Origin: Macrostomum lignano
Lineage: Eukaryota
Direction of reading: 5' to 3'
Assembly: GCA_002269645.1 (NCBI GenBank)
Contig: NIVC01001511.1
Span: 124,001 to 188,000, forward strand
DNA length: 64,000 bases
Part shown: piece by piece, positions 1 to 13,079 of the stretch
How positions within the stretch are numbered: position 1 is the first letter of the stretch
Layout of the letters: every line of letters starts with the position of its first letter
The notes under the pieces: generated by a model
The model's input: the letters and a program-made list of their open reading frames with translations, nothing else
Told to the model about the DNA's origin: nothing
Database searches by the model: none
Translations under genes and position numbers: made by a program

Positions 1-1246
1 CCTGTCTGTCTTTGTACCTGTCTGTCTTAGTGTCTGTCTGTCTTAGTGCCTGTCTGTCTTAGTGTCTGTCTGTCTTTGTACCTGTCTGTCTTAGTGTCTG
101 TCTGTCTTAGTGCCTGTCTGTCTTAGTGCCTGTCTGTCTTAGTGTCTGTCTGTCTTAGTGTCTGTCTGTCTTAGTGCCTGTCTGTCTTAGTACCTGTCTG
201 TCTTAGTGTCTGTCTGTCTTAGTGCCTGTCTGTCTTAGTGTCTGTCTGTCTTAGTGCCTGTCTGTCTTAGTGTCTGTCTGTCTTAGTACCTGTCTGTCTT
301 AGTGCCTGTCTGTCTTAGTGCCTGTCTGTCTTAGTGTCTGTCTGTCTTTGTACCTGTCTGTCTTAGTGTCTGTCTGTCTTAGTGCCTGTCTGTCTTTGTA
401 CCTGTCTGTCTTAGTGTCTGTCTGTCTTAGTGCCTGTCTGTCTTAGTACCTGTCTGTCTTTGTACCTGTCTGTCTTAGTGTCATTCTGTCTTAGTGCCTG
501 TCTGTCTTAGTGTCTGTCTGTCTTAGTGCCTGTCTGTCTTAGTGTCGGTCTGTCTTAGTACCTGTCTGTCTTAGTGTCTGTCTGTCTTAGTGCCTGTCTG
601 TCTTAGTGTCTGTCTGTCTTAGTGCCTGTCTGTCTTAGTGTCTGTCTGTCTTAGTACCTGTCTGTCTTAGTGTCTGTCTGTCTTAGTGTCTGTCTGTCTT
701 AGTGCCTGTCTGTCTTAGTACCTGTCTGTCTTTGTACCTGTCTGTCTTAGTGTCTGTCTGTCTTAGTGCCTGTCTGTCTTAGTGTCTGTCTGTCTTAGTG
801 CCTGTCTGTCTTAGTGTCTGTCTGTCTTAGTGCCTGTCTGTCTTAGTGTCGGTCTGTCTTAGTACCTGTCTGTCTTAGTGTCTGTCTGTCTTAGTGCCTG
901 TCTGTCTTAGTGTCTGTCTGTCTTAGTGCCTGTCTGTCTTAGTGTCTGTCTGTCTTAGTACCTGTCTGTCTTAGTGCCTGTCTGTCTTAGTGTCTGTCTG
1001 TCTTTGTACCTGTCTGTCTTAGTGTCTGTCTGTCTTAGTGTCTGTCTGTCTTAGTGCCTGTCTGTCTTAGTACCTGTCTGTCTTAGTGTCTGTCTGTCTT
1101 AGTGCCTGTCTGTCTTAGTGTCTGTCTGTCTTAGTACCTGTCTGTCTTAGTGTCTGTCTGTCTTAGTGCCTGTCTGTCTTAGTGTCTGTCTGTCTTTGTA
1201 CCTGTCTGTCTTAGTGTCTGTCTGTCTTAGTACCTGTCTGTCTTAG

Positions 1247-1309
<63 letters not shown>

Positions 1310-1340
1310 ATTAGTGTCTGTCTGTATTAGTGTCTGTCCG
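1..1340. repeat. 16-bp minisatellite (CTGTCTGTCTTAGTGY)n grading into (GTCT)n
   Basis: Tandem unit read directly from the sequence; array runs off the left edge of the window. Confidence 0.95.
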
Positions 1341-2102
1341 TCTGTCTGTCTGAATATCTGTCTAATCTTAGCATTTGTCTGTCCACCTGTCTACAGACTT
1401 TCTGTCATATCTAAAATCTCTGCATAAATGTAGCAGATGGGAAGGCATTCATAGGTTTGAATTCTCCAGCAATCAGTCCACGTGTTTACCAATGACCTGA
1501 CTGACCCTGGAATCAAGGTTTGAGTTCGAATAGCCAAGATCAAACCCCTTGTGCTCAGCTCAGCCCCAGAGCTCTTATCATTTTGTTTCGCTAATCAAGC
1601 ATGACGAAATTCCCTAGCGAATATCCGCTACCAGCGTGGCCTAAATATTTATTTTGAGTCTTTTACGAGCTAGTTTCTTTAAAATTTGTCTTAATTTTCT
1701 GTCAGCTTTCTGCAGAAAGTACAACTGCTTATTGCTAGATTTTTCTGTTCTGGAATTTTACACCCGAGAGGAAAATCAGAGCAACTGGAAATCCAATAGC
1801 CGCGGTGCAATGAGAACAGTAAAGGTTTGCACCTGCTCAAACTTTACAAGTGAGGTTTGCTGTCTGCGAGTGCCCGTACTGCAAAAAGACACGCCTGGGT
1901 CGCACAACTGAGAACAGTGCTTCCTGTAATCTCTCAGCGATACGGGGTGGGTTAATTGTGAGTGCATGTCAGCTACTGAGCAAGGGCTACCTTGAATAGA
2001 ATGGCCATCTTGTTGTGACTGCGGTGTGAGCAGTGCAATTGAGTTCGCTCATGTCCGCCTCGGAAAGTCTCTGTGCAAACTGCTGACTCTGTTACAGTGA
2101 TC

Positions 2103-3540
2103 TCTGACTCTCTGACTCCTGACTCTCTGACTCTCTGACTCTCTGACTCTCTGACTCTCTGACTCTCTGACTCTCTGACTCTCTGACTCTCTGACTCTCT
2201 GACTCTCTGACTCTCTGACTCTCTGACTCTCTGACTCTCTGACTCTCTGACTCTCTGACTCTCTGACTCTCTGACTCTCTGACTCTCTGACTCTCTGACT
2301 CTCTGACTCTCTGACTCTCTGACTCTCCGAGTCTCTGACTCTCCGAGTCTCTGACTCTCTGACTCTCTGACTCTCTGACTCTCTGACTCTCTGACTCTCT
2401 GACTCTCTGACTCTCTGACTCCCTGACTCTCTGACTCTCCGAGTCTCTGACTCCTGACTCTCTGACTCTCTGACTCTCTGACTCTCTGACTCTCTGACTC
2501 TCTGACTCTCTGACTCTCTGACTCTCTGACTCTCTGACTCTCTGACTCTCTGACTCTCTGACTCTCTGACTCTCTGACTCTCTGACTCTCTGACTCCTGA
2601 CTCTCTGACTCTCTGACTCTCTGACTCTCTGACTCTCTGACTCTCTGACTCTCTGACTCTCTGACTCTCTGACTCTCTGACTCCCTGACTCTCTGACTCT
2701 CTGACTCTCTCTAACTATCTGACTCTCTGACTCTCTGACTCTCTGACTCTCTGACTCTCTGACTCTCTGACTCTCTGACTCTCTGACTCTCCGAGTCTCT
2801 GACTCTCCGAGTCTCTGACTCTCTGACTATCTGACTCTCTGACTCTCTGACTCTCTGACTCTCTGACTCTCTGACTCTCTGACTCTCTGACTCTCTGACT
2901 CTCCGAGTCTCTGACTCTCCGAGTCTCTGACTCTCTGACTCTCTGACTCTCTGACTCTCTGACTCTCTGACTCTCTGACTCTCTGACTCTCTGACTCTCT
3001 GACTCTCTGACTCTCTGACTCTCTGACTCTCTGACTCTCTGACTCTCTGACTCTCTGACTCTCTGACTCTCTGACTCTCTGACTCTTTGATTCTCTGACT
3101 CTGTCTATCTGACTCTCTGACTCTCTGACTCTCTGACTCTGTGACTATCTGACTCTCTGACTCTCTGACTCTCTGACTCTGTCTATCTGACTCTCTGACT
3201 CTCTCTGACTCTGTGACTATCTGACTCTGTGACTCTGTGACTCTCTGACTCTTTGATTCTCTGACTCTGTCTATCTGACTCTCTGACTCTGTCTATCTGA
3301 CTCTCTGACTCTGTCTATCTGACTCTCTGACTCTCTCTGACTCTGTGACTATCTGACTCTGTGACTCTGTGACTCTGTGACTCTTTGATTCTCTGACTCT
3401 GTCTATCTGACTCTCTGACTCTCTGGCTCTTTGATTCTCTGACCCTGTCTATCTGACTGTCTAACTCTCGGCCTCCCTGACTCTCTGACTCTCTGACTCT
3501 CTGACTATCTGACTCTCTGACACTGATCTCTGACTCTCTT
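2103..3540. repeat. 8-bp tandem repeat (GACTCTCT)n with variants
   Basis: Direct periodicity in the sequence. Confidence 0.95.
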
Positions 3541-4374
3541 TAACGCGATCTTCAGTTCTCCACATTATTCCTTTTCCGAGCACTAAGCTCACTCTCCACA
3601 ATCAGCTCCGAAAAAAGGGTTCACTTTCCTCCATAAGCAAACAGCTACAGCAGTGAGTGGAGCAAGTGGGTGTTGCTACCCGGGCAGAAGCCGCGCCAAC
3701 ACCGGCATGGGCGCTATACGCGGACAATAAACTGAAAGTGAGAAAAGCTCGGTGCGACAGACGCAGAAAGCTATTTACAATCGCGTTCCTTTTTAGAGGC
3801 CAAAAAGCTGAACTATGCAGTTGACTTAGCGAACTCCGACAATGCAAAACCGGAACTTAAATAGAAGCACACATACATGTAGTTATAGAATTCTGTGGTA
3901 AGCGGGTAACTAACAATCGGGGCTGAGCTCCCTCTCGATAAATTATTTGGATCTACTAGAGGATGAGAATGTGCATTTTCTTTATTTTCCCTTATGGGGC
4001 CTCATATTATTTTCTTTTTTTATTTCTTCTTCTGGACTGTCTTTTTGGCATCGTGCTTGGTTGCCAACATGGGCGGATTAACCTCGCGAAAAATGAGCGC
4101 ACAGTATACAATACGGAGGTTGATTTTTCCCATCTGGCAGGAGTAGATTCAGGCTTGCCCATAGACAATAGACAGACTGGAAAAAGGCAATCAGATTGAT
4201 AAATTTTGATTTTCATACTGCATGAAAGTTCTTCTTTAATTTGCTGATGTCTATGGCCGAATTATCAACTCTTCTCTTCGGCCTTTTGGCGTTTTAAAAT
4301 CACCTTTCTCTTTTATTCTTTCGTTGTTGACTGCACTAGATCTCAGGGTTTATTGTGTTGTCTATAGCAGGCTG

Positions 4375-4665
4375 ATGACACAATTCCTAGAAGAACTGTG
4401 GACACAATTTCTAGAAGAACTAAGGATACAATCCGCAGAATTACGGACACAATCCCCAGAAGTACAGACAATACGCAGAGGGACTGCGGACACAATCCCC
4501 AGAAGTACGGACACAATACACAGAGGAACTAAAGACAATCCCCAGAAGTATGGACACAATCCCCAGAAGTACGGACACAATACACAGAGGAACTAAAGAC
4601 AATCCCCAGAAATACGAACACAATTCCCAGAAGTGCGGACACAATCCCCAGAAGTACGGACAGTT
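4375..4665. repeat. Degenerate ~21-bp repeat (GAAGTACGGACACAATCCCCA)n
   Basis: Repeated motif lying just 3' (on - strand) of the splice donor at 4672. Confidence 0.8.
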
Positions 4666-4672
4666 GCCTCAC

Positions 4673-5131
4673 CGTTTCGGCTCCATAAGGCAGGCTGGGG
4701 TGCAGCCCGTATCCAATGCACACAATTCTCAGCTGATTGCACGCCAGCACGAGCTGCGGCGACAGAGTGGGCGAGTACACTACGGCAACCCGACGGTCGT
4801 CGTCAGCACCGGCTGTCTGCAGCAGACGAACAAGACCCAGCAGGTCTCGCGTATTGGTGTACACCACCTGTACAGGCAGATAATTAGGCTGGTGCCTCAG
4901 CTCCTGCATCAGCTTAGACACATAGTGCTGCAGCACGATGGACTTCTTAACGTAGCTCTGCGGCTTCAGGCGTGCAGCGATGGGCCGGCTTGGCTCCAGA
5001 ATCAGCAGCGACTTCAGGCCGGGCAGCGGGCTGGACGCGTTCTCAACCACGGCAGCGGTTGCCAGTAGCAACAGGAAAAACAGCAACGCTCCCGTAGCTT
5101 GAGGGGGCGCTGCCGACCCCATCGGGTCCAT
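4673..5131 (-). CDS. Probable first coding exon of a secreted or membrane receptor protein (signal peptide + alpha/beta ligand-binding-like domain)
   Basis: ATG (MDPMGSAAPPQ), hydrophobic GALLFFLLLLATAAVV signal-like segment, protein-like sequence (LILEPS, RRVAVVYSP, LVLACNQLRIVCIG), ends at GTGAGG donor at 4672 where the repeat begins. Family (ANF-receptor/iGluR ATD-like) is a guess. Confidence 0.55.
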
Positions 5132-5313
5132 GGGTTGACCTGAAAGCGGCGGCCCTACAAAAAGGAGCCCCCTAAGGGTTGACAAAAATATTCTGATCTG
5201 TTTTGAAGCCGATCGGCTCTTCTATCTGTCTGGTTAATCAATTTGCCAATCAATGACCTGTTTGCGTATAGAGTATTATTAGTTCTGAACTCCGCCTTTG
5301 GGATGAAAGCTGC

Positions 5314-5772
5314 TCACAGCTGGCAATTCAGCTGCCTGTTCGATTGGCTCAGCGGAGTTGAGAAGGGGGTGTGAAATTGCTCAGCGAAGGCCAAGCCGTC
5401 AAGAAAGAGAATTGGGAGTTGGTTGGCAAGAATCCCTTCTTTTGCTTTCGAGAACTCAGCCAACCATGGCGAGGGGAGCCTGAGCAATTTCATTCGGTTC
5501 TCTAAGACCGGCTTGAACCAATGAGGACTTTCCAAGCAGTTGACAAATCTCCCATCGGGAAAGCGTCGTATGGGGTAACGTTGGTCCCTGTCTAACCCTA
5601 TATCTCCCCCGTCCTCTGCTGTCCCCCCGGAGTCCTCATTGCAGTTTCGATTTACTTTCACAAGTGGCCCAGCTGGAATGGAGAGTCTGACGATAAGAAG
5701 GAGTTCGATGGCGCTGCTCAGAGTAAAGAATTCCGGGTCCACGAAAACTTGGAAAGAACTGCTGGCAAACAA
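5314..5772 (-). CDS. Unassigned 152-aa open frame, possible exon
   Basis: Non-repetitive open frame preceded by a pyrimidine-rich TTTGTTTGCCAG acceptor-like site; no recognisable motif. Confidence 0.25.
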   Translation of the reverse strand: MFASSSFQVFVDPEFFTLSSAIELLLIVRLSIPAGPLVKVNRNCNEDSGGTAEDGGDIGLDRDQRYPIRRFPDGRFVNCLESPHWFKPVLENRMKLLRLPSPWLAEFSKAKEGILANQLPILFLDGLAFAEQFHTPFSTPLSQSNRQLNCQL

Positions 5773-5909
5773 ACTGTAAACGCCTATAATACTTGTACAC
5801 TATGCATGCTCGGAAAACTTATGTTTCGGAACTTTATGTATGTACATTGGTAAAGGAGAGAAACTTCTTACAAAATTATGACAAAGCGTGTCTTTACTTT
5901 TGTGCATTG

Positions 5910-7045
5910 ATCTAGGAGCGGATCTTGGGGTGAATCAAGGGACAGATCTAGGGGCGGATCTAAGCAGAATCTAAGGGTGGATCTAGGGCGGATCTAGGTG
6001 CGGATTTAAGGTGGATCTAGGTGCAGATCTAGGGTGGATCTAGGTGCGGATCTAGGTGCGGATCTAGGTGCGGATCTAGGGCGGATCTAGGTGCGGATCT
6101 AGGGCGGATCTAGGGGCGGATCTAAGCAGAATCTAAGGGTGGATCTAGGGCGGATCTAGGTGCGGATTTAAGGTGGATCTAGGTGCAGATCTAGGGTGGA
6201 TCTAGGTGCGGATCTAGGTGCGGATCTAGGTGCAGATCTAGGGGCTACCGGACATTTGCCCTCCGGCATTTGCCCTCCGGACATTTGCCCTCCGGCATTT
6301 CCCCTCCGGACATTTGCCCTCGAGGACATTTGCCCTCGGGGACATTTGCCCTCCGGACATTTCCCCTCTGGAAAAGTACAGGTAAGGCTGGGGATAGGGT
6401 AGGGCGCGGGTATATATTGCTTACTAGAAAAGGATGAGTTGTTGGCTGGAGAAGAACCTGATGGATGCAAGAGGCGGGAGGATGAGGTTGGTGCTGGAGG
6501 AACTACGGGTGGGTACAGGAGGAGGTGAGGTGAGTAATGTGCGAGGGGGTAAATTTGCAGAGGGCAAATGTCCGGAGGGCAAATGTCCGGAGGGCAAATG
6601 TCCCCGAGGGCAAATGTCCCCGAGGGGAAATGTCCGGAGGGCAAATGTCCGGAGGGGAAATGTCCCGGAGGGCAAATGTCCGGAGGGCAAACGCCGCCGA
6701 GGGGAAGTGCCGGAGGGCAAGTGCCGGAGGGGAAGTGCCGGAGGGCAAATGTCCGGAAGCGAGATCTAGGGTGGATCTAGGTGCGGATCTAGGGTGGATC
6801 TAGGTGCAGATCTAGGGTGGATCTAGGTGCAGATCTAGGGTGGATATAGGTGCGGATCTAGGGCGGATCTAGGATTCTAGGTGCGGATCTAGGGCGGATC
6901 TAGGGTGGATCTAGGGGCGGATCTAGGTGCGGATCTAGGGGCGGATCTAGGCGGGGATCTAGTAGGGGCGGATCTAGGGGCGGATCTAGGGGCGGATCTA
7001 GGGGCGGATCTAGGGGCGGATCTAGGGGCGGATCTAGGGGCGGGA
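5910..7045. repeat. 11-12 bp GGATCTAGG(T/G)GC satellite, interrupted by an inverted-repeat element
   Basis: Tandem GGATCTAG cores on both sides of 6244-6760. Confidence 0.9.
6244..6760. mobile_element. Foldback/MITE-like element with tandem-repeat inverted arms
   Basis: Left end GCTACCGGACATTTGCCCTCC vs reverse complement of right end GCTTCCGGACATTTGCCCTCC; arms are tandem (GGACATTTGCCCTCC)-like units around a ~180-bp unique core. Confidence 0.75.
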
Positions 7046-7846
7046 TCAATAAAAAGCGCCCCTGAGGAGTGCCACCAGCAGAGAAAATGTTCCAAGCACA
7101 ATAACAAGTGCAAGTGCGACCTAACAGTCTGCCTGCTCCCTGCTCCCAGCTTAAACCCTGAGTGCAGCTCGACGTCCCCATGATTGCGCTGTGTCCTAAG
7201 TGTGCCATCCATAAAAACCTAAACCACCCATCTAAGCCAACACCGGTAAGGATCTGCCTTTTCATTCTCCTTATAATGACTTGTTGCTTTCTACAGTTGG
7301 CTTGGTCAGCAGAATATTTTCGATTCTACATATACTAGTATACGGCACTTTGAGCCTAATTTTTTCATTCCTTGCCCAGCTTGGGAAATCAAGCGGGACT
7401 TGCTGGTCGACATCTCTTACGGGATGGCTTCGGCATTCCATAAGCGCGGCCTGCCCTGAAGGCGTTCCATTTGGGCCCAGGCGGATACCGTATGCATGTT
7501 ACGAGCGTAGGCCAGAGCGCAGTGCCGATCCGTGGGGATTTGAATTCACCCTGATCCAGTTGTCATACAGTCTCACTGACACGGCGGTTATACTGTAGAA
7601 GACACAATTTGGCTTTTTTTGCTGGAGGCATCTCTCTTAAGATTGCCGACAGTTTTGCATATTTATGCAGCATGCAGTCTATTGCAGGCGTGCGTCCATT
7701 ACGAATGCTGTAAGCCCGAATCCGAATCTCTAAAGCCTACGGAGTTCGGTGTAAAGGGTACTGCACTCTCGTATTTTCTTTGAATGCTTCAGGACGCGAG
7801 TGCTCACATCCTCCCGGAATCTGGAGTTTTAGGCTGCACCTAGATA

Positions 7847-8188
7847 GACACCAGCCTCCTGCAGCTAGCTAGGCGTCAGGATGCTAAGACACCAGCCTCC
7901 TGCAGCTAGCTAGGCGTCAGGATGCTAAGACACCAGCCTCCTGCAGCTAGATAGCGTCAAGATGCTAAGACACCAGCCTCCTGCAGCTAGATAGCGTCAG
8001 GATGCTGACACCATCCTGCAGCTAGCTATAGGCGTCAGGATGCTAAGACACCATCCTGCAGCTAGCTATAGGCGTCAGGATGCTAAGACACCATCCTGCA
8101 GCTAGCTATAGGCGTCAGGATGCCAAGACACCAGCCTCCTGCAGCTAGCTAGGCGTCAGGATGCTAAGACACCAGCCTTCTGCAGCTA
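7847..8188. repeat. 41-bp minisatellite, ~8 copies
   Basis: Unit GACACCAGCCTCCTGCAGCTAGCTAGGCGTCAGGATGCTAA; starts at 7847 and 7888. Confidence 0.95.
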
Positions 8189-11100
8189 CAATCCACCACC
8201 CACCACAGACCCCCCTCCCGTCCCGACGTACACGTAACGACCATGCACACCAACCAATCACAACACGAAGGGGAGAGAGCTGAGAAAGCTGCATGGCTGG
8301 CACCATGGCCCAGCCAATCAGCTCTGCGCAGCTCCCAGAGCCTGGGCTAAAAAATAATAAATTATTACTGCCTGCAAATATAAATTAGGTCAAGGCTGCA
8401 GACGAGAGCATGGGGGGATGCAGACGCACTGAACCATGCAGCGACTGAAAATTGCAGAAAATAACCCATTTATGTATACATGTACATGTAAAAGCGTATA
8501 TAGCAAGTCCTTATGCATTCAACCTCGACGACGTCTACATGTAAGATGAGGTTTACATGTATTCTATATTCTTACGCATTTGATATGCTCCCTATACTAG
8601 TATTCGCACCACCAAAATAACTCAGTATTGCATTGTTATTCAACCCTATAACAGGACGCATAATAAAATGACTTTAAAGAAGTTGAACGGAGCACAAAAG
8701 GTTCTCAAAAGATGCATGGTGCAATCTGACTTTCCGGCTTAAAGGCTCATTCACACTGCCATCAAAAGAGCCACCAATTTACACGAAAAAATGTACCAAG
8801 GAATAAAATTTTATGTGCAAGTTGTGTAATCACGCAAAATTTAATCGTACATGTATTTGATGGCGAAGCGGAGATGGTAATGGACTGAAGGAAAACTGCA
8901 AGGTGACTAGAGGAAAAAATGTTTTGGGTTTTTATAAATTGATAAATATTTATCAGCTAAAAATTAGAATATTACTTAGCAGTAATTAAACACTGATAAA
9001 ATTTTGTTATTCTATTTATGTGGCCATTAGAATAGATTCGGTCGTTGCAGTTTCTTATAAAATTAAGCTGACATCAAATGAATGAGAAAACTTTATCAAT
9101 GTTTTCGTTGTTTTCCTGTTAATAATGGCATAGTAGACGGCCTCCCGTTAGCGTCTTTTTATCATCAAGTGCCTTACTTTGTGAGCTTGTAGAGCTAAAT
9201 CAGCAGATGGCTGACGACGAATTGGAAGAGGACATCACAGGGAATGGAAATGGAATCAAATTGGAAGAGTAAGTAGGGATTTTTACTAATATACTTTGTC
9301 TTTATGAGCTTATTTTAGTATTTTTTCGTATATAATACTGATCTTTTAATAGAAAATGAAATAAAAACAATAGATGTAATTTTATAAATGATATTACAAA
9401 CACAATTTGTTACTAAAATTAAATAAATATTTGAATACAAAATTTTAGTTGTTTTCCTTTCATTTTATTTTATTCCAATGCATAATTTCTATATTTCTTT
9501 AAAAAAACACTAGTTCTTACCTTTTTGACTTAAATTGGCTCACTGGATTCCCTAACTGCGATAGGGCCTAGGCCTATCTAAGACGTTAAGAAGTATAATA
9601 AAAACTGGTTTTGTACCATAGTCAAGAAGGTGGCACAGTGTGCGCCGGAATAATTTTTTGGGGACAATTTGTGCATGTGCACCATCTATGTGCCATCTAT
9701 GCGCCATTTGTGCACTCTGTGTGCCGTCTGTGCGCCACTCTTCACAAATAGAGTTTTCTAAGAAAGGCCTTCGTACAAAAGCCTTTTTAAAATGTTACGC
9801 ATATTTTCATTTTAAACAAACTTAAATTATACCTACAAATAGGGTAATGCAAAATTGAAATTTTTAGCAATTATTTATACTAATTTTATTTACTGTTAAT
9901 TTTAAAGAAGCAAAAAGTTTATCACTGACTTTCTAGACTATACAAATCTCCTTTATTTTATGTAAAATTGTTAATTTGCATTATAATTTTCATGCATGTT
10001 AGGAACCTTATGCGCCACATGTGCTAGGGACCTCAGTGTGTGCCATGATTGTGGGCGCATGACCAAGACCGCCACACACCAAGACCGCCACACACCAAGA
10101 CCGCCATAGCTCTTACTGGCTACTGGAATTGAGGGGGAGCTACTAATCTTCCAGCATTGCTATTGGTTATGATGGGTTGTGGAGTTAGATGAGGAGGAAG
10201 CGTCCCAAGATTGGTCACGAATAAGTGGCCCAAAACGATTGCAAGTCAACCAGGGCAATTTTAACAATATCTTTAACAAAACCACAATTTGTTACTTTTA
10301 GCAGTAGATGAGCATGAATAATGCTTTTGATAGCAAAAGCTTGAGTAATTAGATTTAACTTCACTTTCAAAAAAGTGCCTCTCAAAATGCAATTGCAGGT
10401 TGCTGTAATTTGAAAAGTTTTTTATGAGCTCGCACATTCGTATATTCGGCGTCTGGGTGCGTAGTGCATTACGACAAACAAATTTAAGCGTCTTGATATG
10501 TGCTATGGTATGTGGATTTAGAGGTGCCATTCATTTTGACGAAGGTTTACATGTATTTTGATGAAAGCAAGTTAACAACTATCGTTCACTCACATAACAG
10601 AAAAAGCGCATCTTAGGCCCAATGCCTATGATATGTTAAACATGTCTGGAAATGTATGAGCATGAGCACTGTGTATTTTATTGTGTACTCAAAGCCGGGA
10701 ATTTCGGAGAAAGCAAAGAGAGGGGATGAGAGTAAATTTACATGCACATGTAATGAGAGAATATATGGAGAGGGGTTAGGAGATCTTGATCTCTCTCACT
10801 CTCACTCTCTCTGGCTCACTCATTTTATACCCACTCCCACACTGACACACTCTCACTCTCACTCTCTTACTCACTCATTCACTCACTCACTCGCTTTTAA
10901 TTCATTTCTGAATTTCAGGCACTATAATAAATTACAGTATATTTCATACATTTGATCTTTTGCCTCCAATTTTTAAATGCAAATATCCTTTACTCTCGCG
11001 CACTGCGGCAACTTTGCACAGGTATAGTGTGAACAACTTGTACATGCATTTTTTCAAAGGGTACTGATTGATAAATACTGATTTTGACAATTCTGACATC

Positions 11101-13079
11101 TCTTCAAAATATAACAAACTTATTGATACATTTAATGTAATAAATGTAATACAGAGATGCACATATGTGTATATGAGTGCAAGGTACATGTACAAGTACA
11201 CGTTATCCAATCTATCTGTGACGTTTTTTCCAGCCAATCAGGAATTATCAATAGCAGTCAAATTTTTGCAGCTGAAATCACATTCAGCGTTAGGCAAAAA
11301 GGAAATATTTGCGAAATCAAAAAGCCGTTTTTAAAGCACTGCAAACTGTGGTCTGAGCCTTGCCACTCGCAAATAAGTATTGCGGTGCGATGCGCTCCGT
11401 TTATATTTCGGGAGTCCATGCGGTGGAGATGCTTGAATTAGGTGAAAAATCTGCAAACTTGAAGATATCAGTGGATAGGGCAGATCGAAGGGAGATTTGC
11501 GAACAAATTGTTAGAAAACAATGGTTGCATACTTTTGCAAAATGCTTGCTGCATTCATCTGTTAGTACAGTTGTAGCTAGTATCGGACATGCGAAATATG
11601 CAAAATACCATAAGATCGGACCAATGGCACAATCATTTTTTATTTTAGATAGACTTCTTTTAGTCCCATCAAAGTTTGCATGTACTTCTGAGGTCATGAC
11701 CTCATGCTCATGCTATACTTGGCAGATCCAGGTTTTCGCTCCTGCAGGGACCTCGCTTGGTTGCACTATTACACATGGGAACACCAACTGCAATATAGAT
11801 GCCACGCCCACATACGCTCGTACGTTGCTCAGAATTTAATTGAATTCAATCTGATCACACTATATTGAATACCCGCAGCTATTTTGGAATATTTGATAGC
11901 TATATCTCTAATGCCGGCCCCTCGTAAAAAATCTGTTACTATCCAAATCTTTTTTGTGCCCTCCTTTTGAACTCAGTACATTAATTGGAACTCACAGTTA
12001 TATATACAAACAGTTTTTTTAAGCTCGACTCAAGTCCATGCAGTTCAGGGGTTGCACCCAGAGGGGGAGGGGTCAAGGGAGGAAAATTCCGGGGTCTGCC
12101 CCCTCTTGCCAGTGCCACCTCTCTCCGTAACACCCCGCCCCCCTAAAATTTTTTGAGTGCGCCCCTCGTTCCATTTAAAATTTATGGCTTGGTATTTTAA
12201 AAATGCACAGCCATTGCATATAGCCTATAAGCGATGAATTTCAGAACCTATAAGAGATAACAAGTTAAGTACAGCTGTTTTTGTTACTATACAATCTATT
12301 CGTGGTAACTGGGTGGAGAGTATTTGCTTCCTGTCTTGATTTAATAAGAACCCTGAGACAGTTGGCTAACCAAGCCAGCTGTCAATGCATTCATTCTAAA
12401 AAGTGATAAATTTTTGTTACCTTGCCTGACAATATGCTATTGCTGGAGTAGCTAATTTATGATAGTGTTATGCAAAGCTGGAAAAGACGTCGCTTTGATT
12501 TAAACTATCAGAAGGAGAGACAAAGATGTGGTAGAGAGGGATCACAAACAGAGATGGGGTCGTGTATTGAAATTAAATTTGAACTTTTTGCGCAAGCTAT
12601 TCTGTGCGCAGTTTAAACAGTGATTATGCAATCTAGTAGTTCTACCTCATTAGTACATGCAGATATAGTAATTTTAGCATATTATTAGAGATTTAGTATA
12701 TTTAGACTAGAGCGCTATGGACAAGCAAACATACAAATCTTAGAGATTTAGTATATTTGGATTTTAAGAAAATCGGTCAAGGACAGTGAGCTCTAGAGCT
12801 TTATAGACAAGCAAGCAAACAAACCTTAGAGATTTAGCATATTTGGATTAGAGATTAAGTATAAATAAGTGCCACATTGAGTTAGGGCTCGAGATGACCT
12901 ATGGAGCTGGCAGCACATTTCGCTTTAAGCACGGTGTAAAAGTTTAAGATCTTGTTATTCGCGCTCACAAGCCAAATGTGCCCCCGCTTCCACAATCTAG
13001 CAGGGGGTGCAGTGAAATAAAACTGGAGGGGCAGTGGATAAGATGCAAGCAAATTTAGCGAATATGCAGATTTTTTCTT

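Noticed and set aside
8740-8760. Harbinger-like terminus TAA|AGGCTCATTCACACTG
   Set aside because: No matching right terminus found in the window
11250-11840. Possible very old integrase remnant on - strand (VHANFDGTKRSLSKIK..CNHC..STDIF..HGLP)
   Set aside because: Motif spacing is poor and frames are broken; cannot be supported without an HMM search
12046-12167. Small CAGGGG..CCCCT hAT-like MITE
   Set aside because: TIR match is weak and there is no 8-bp TSD
12685-12870. TTAGAGATTTAGTATATTT repeats with spacers, CRISPR-like
   Set aside because: Irregular spacing (55, 86, 22 bp), spacers resemble each other, eukaryotic context, no cas genes. The 43-, 35- and 23-bp arrays likewise lack unique spacers
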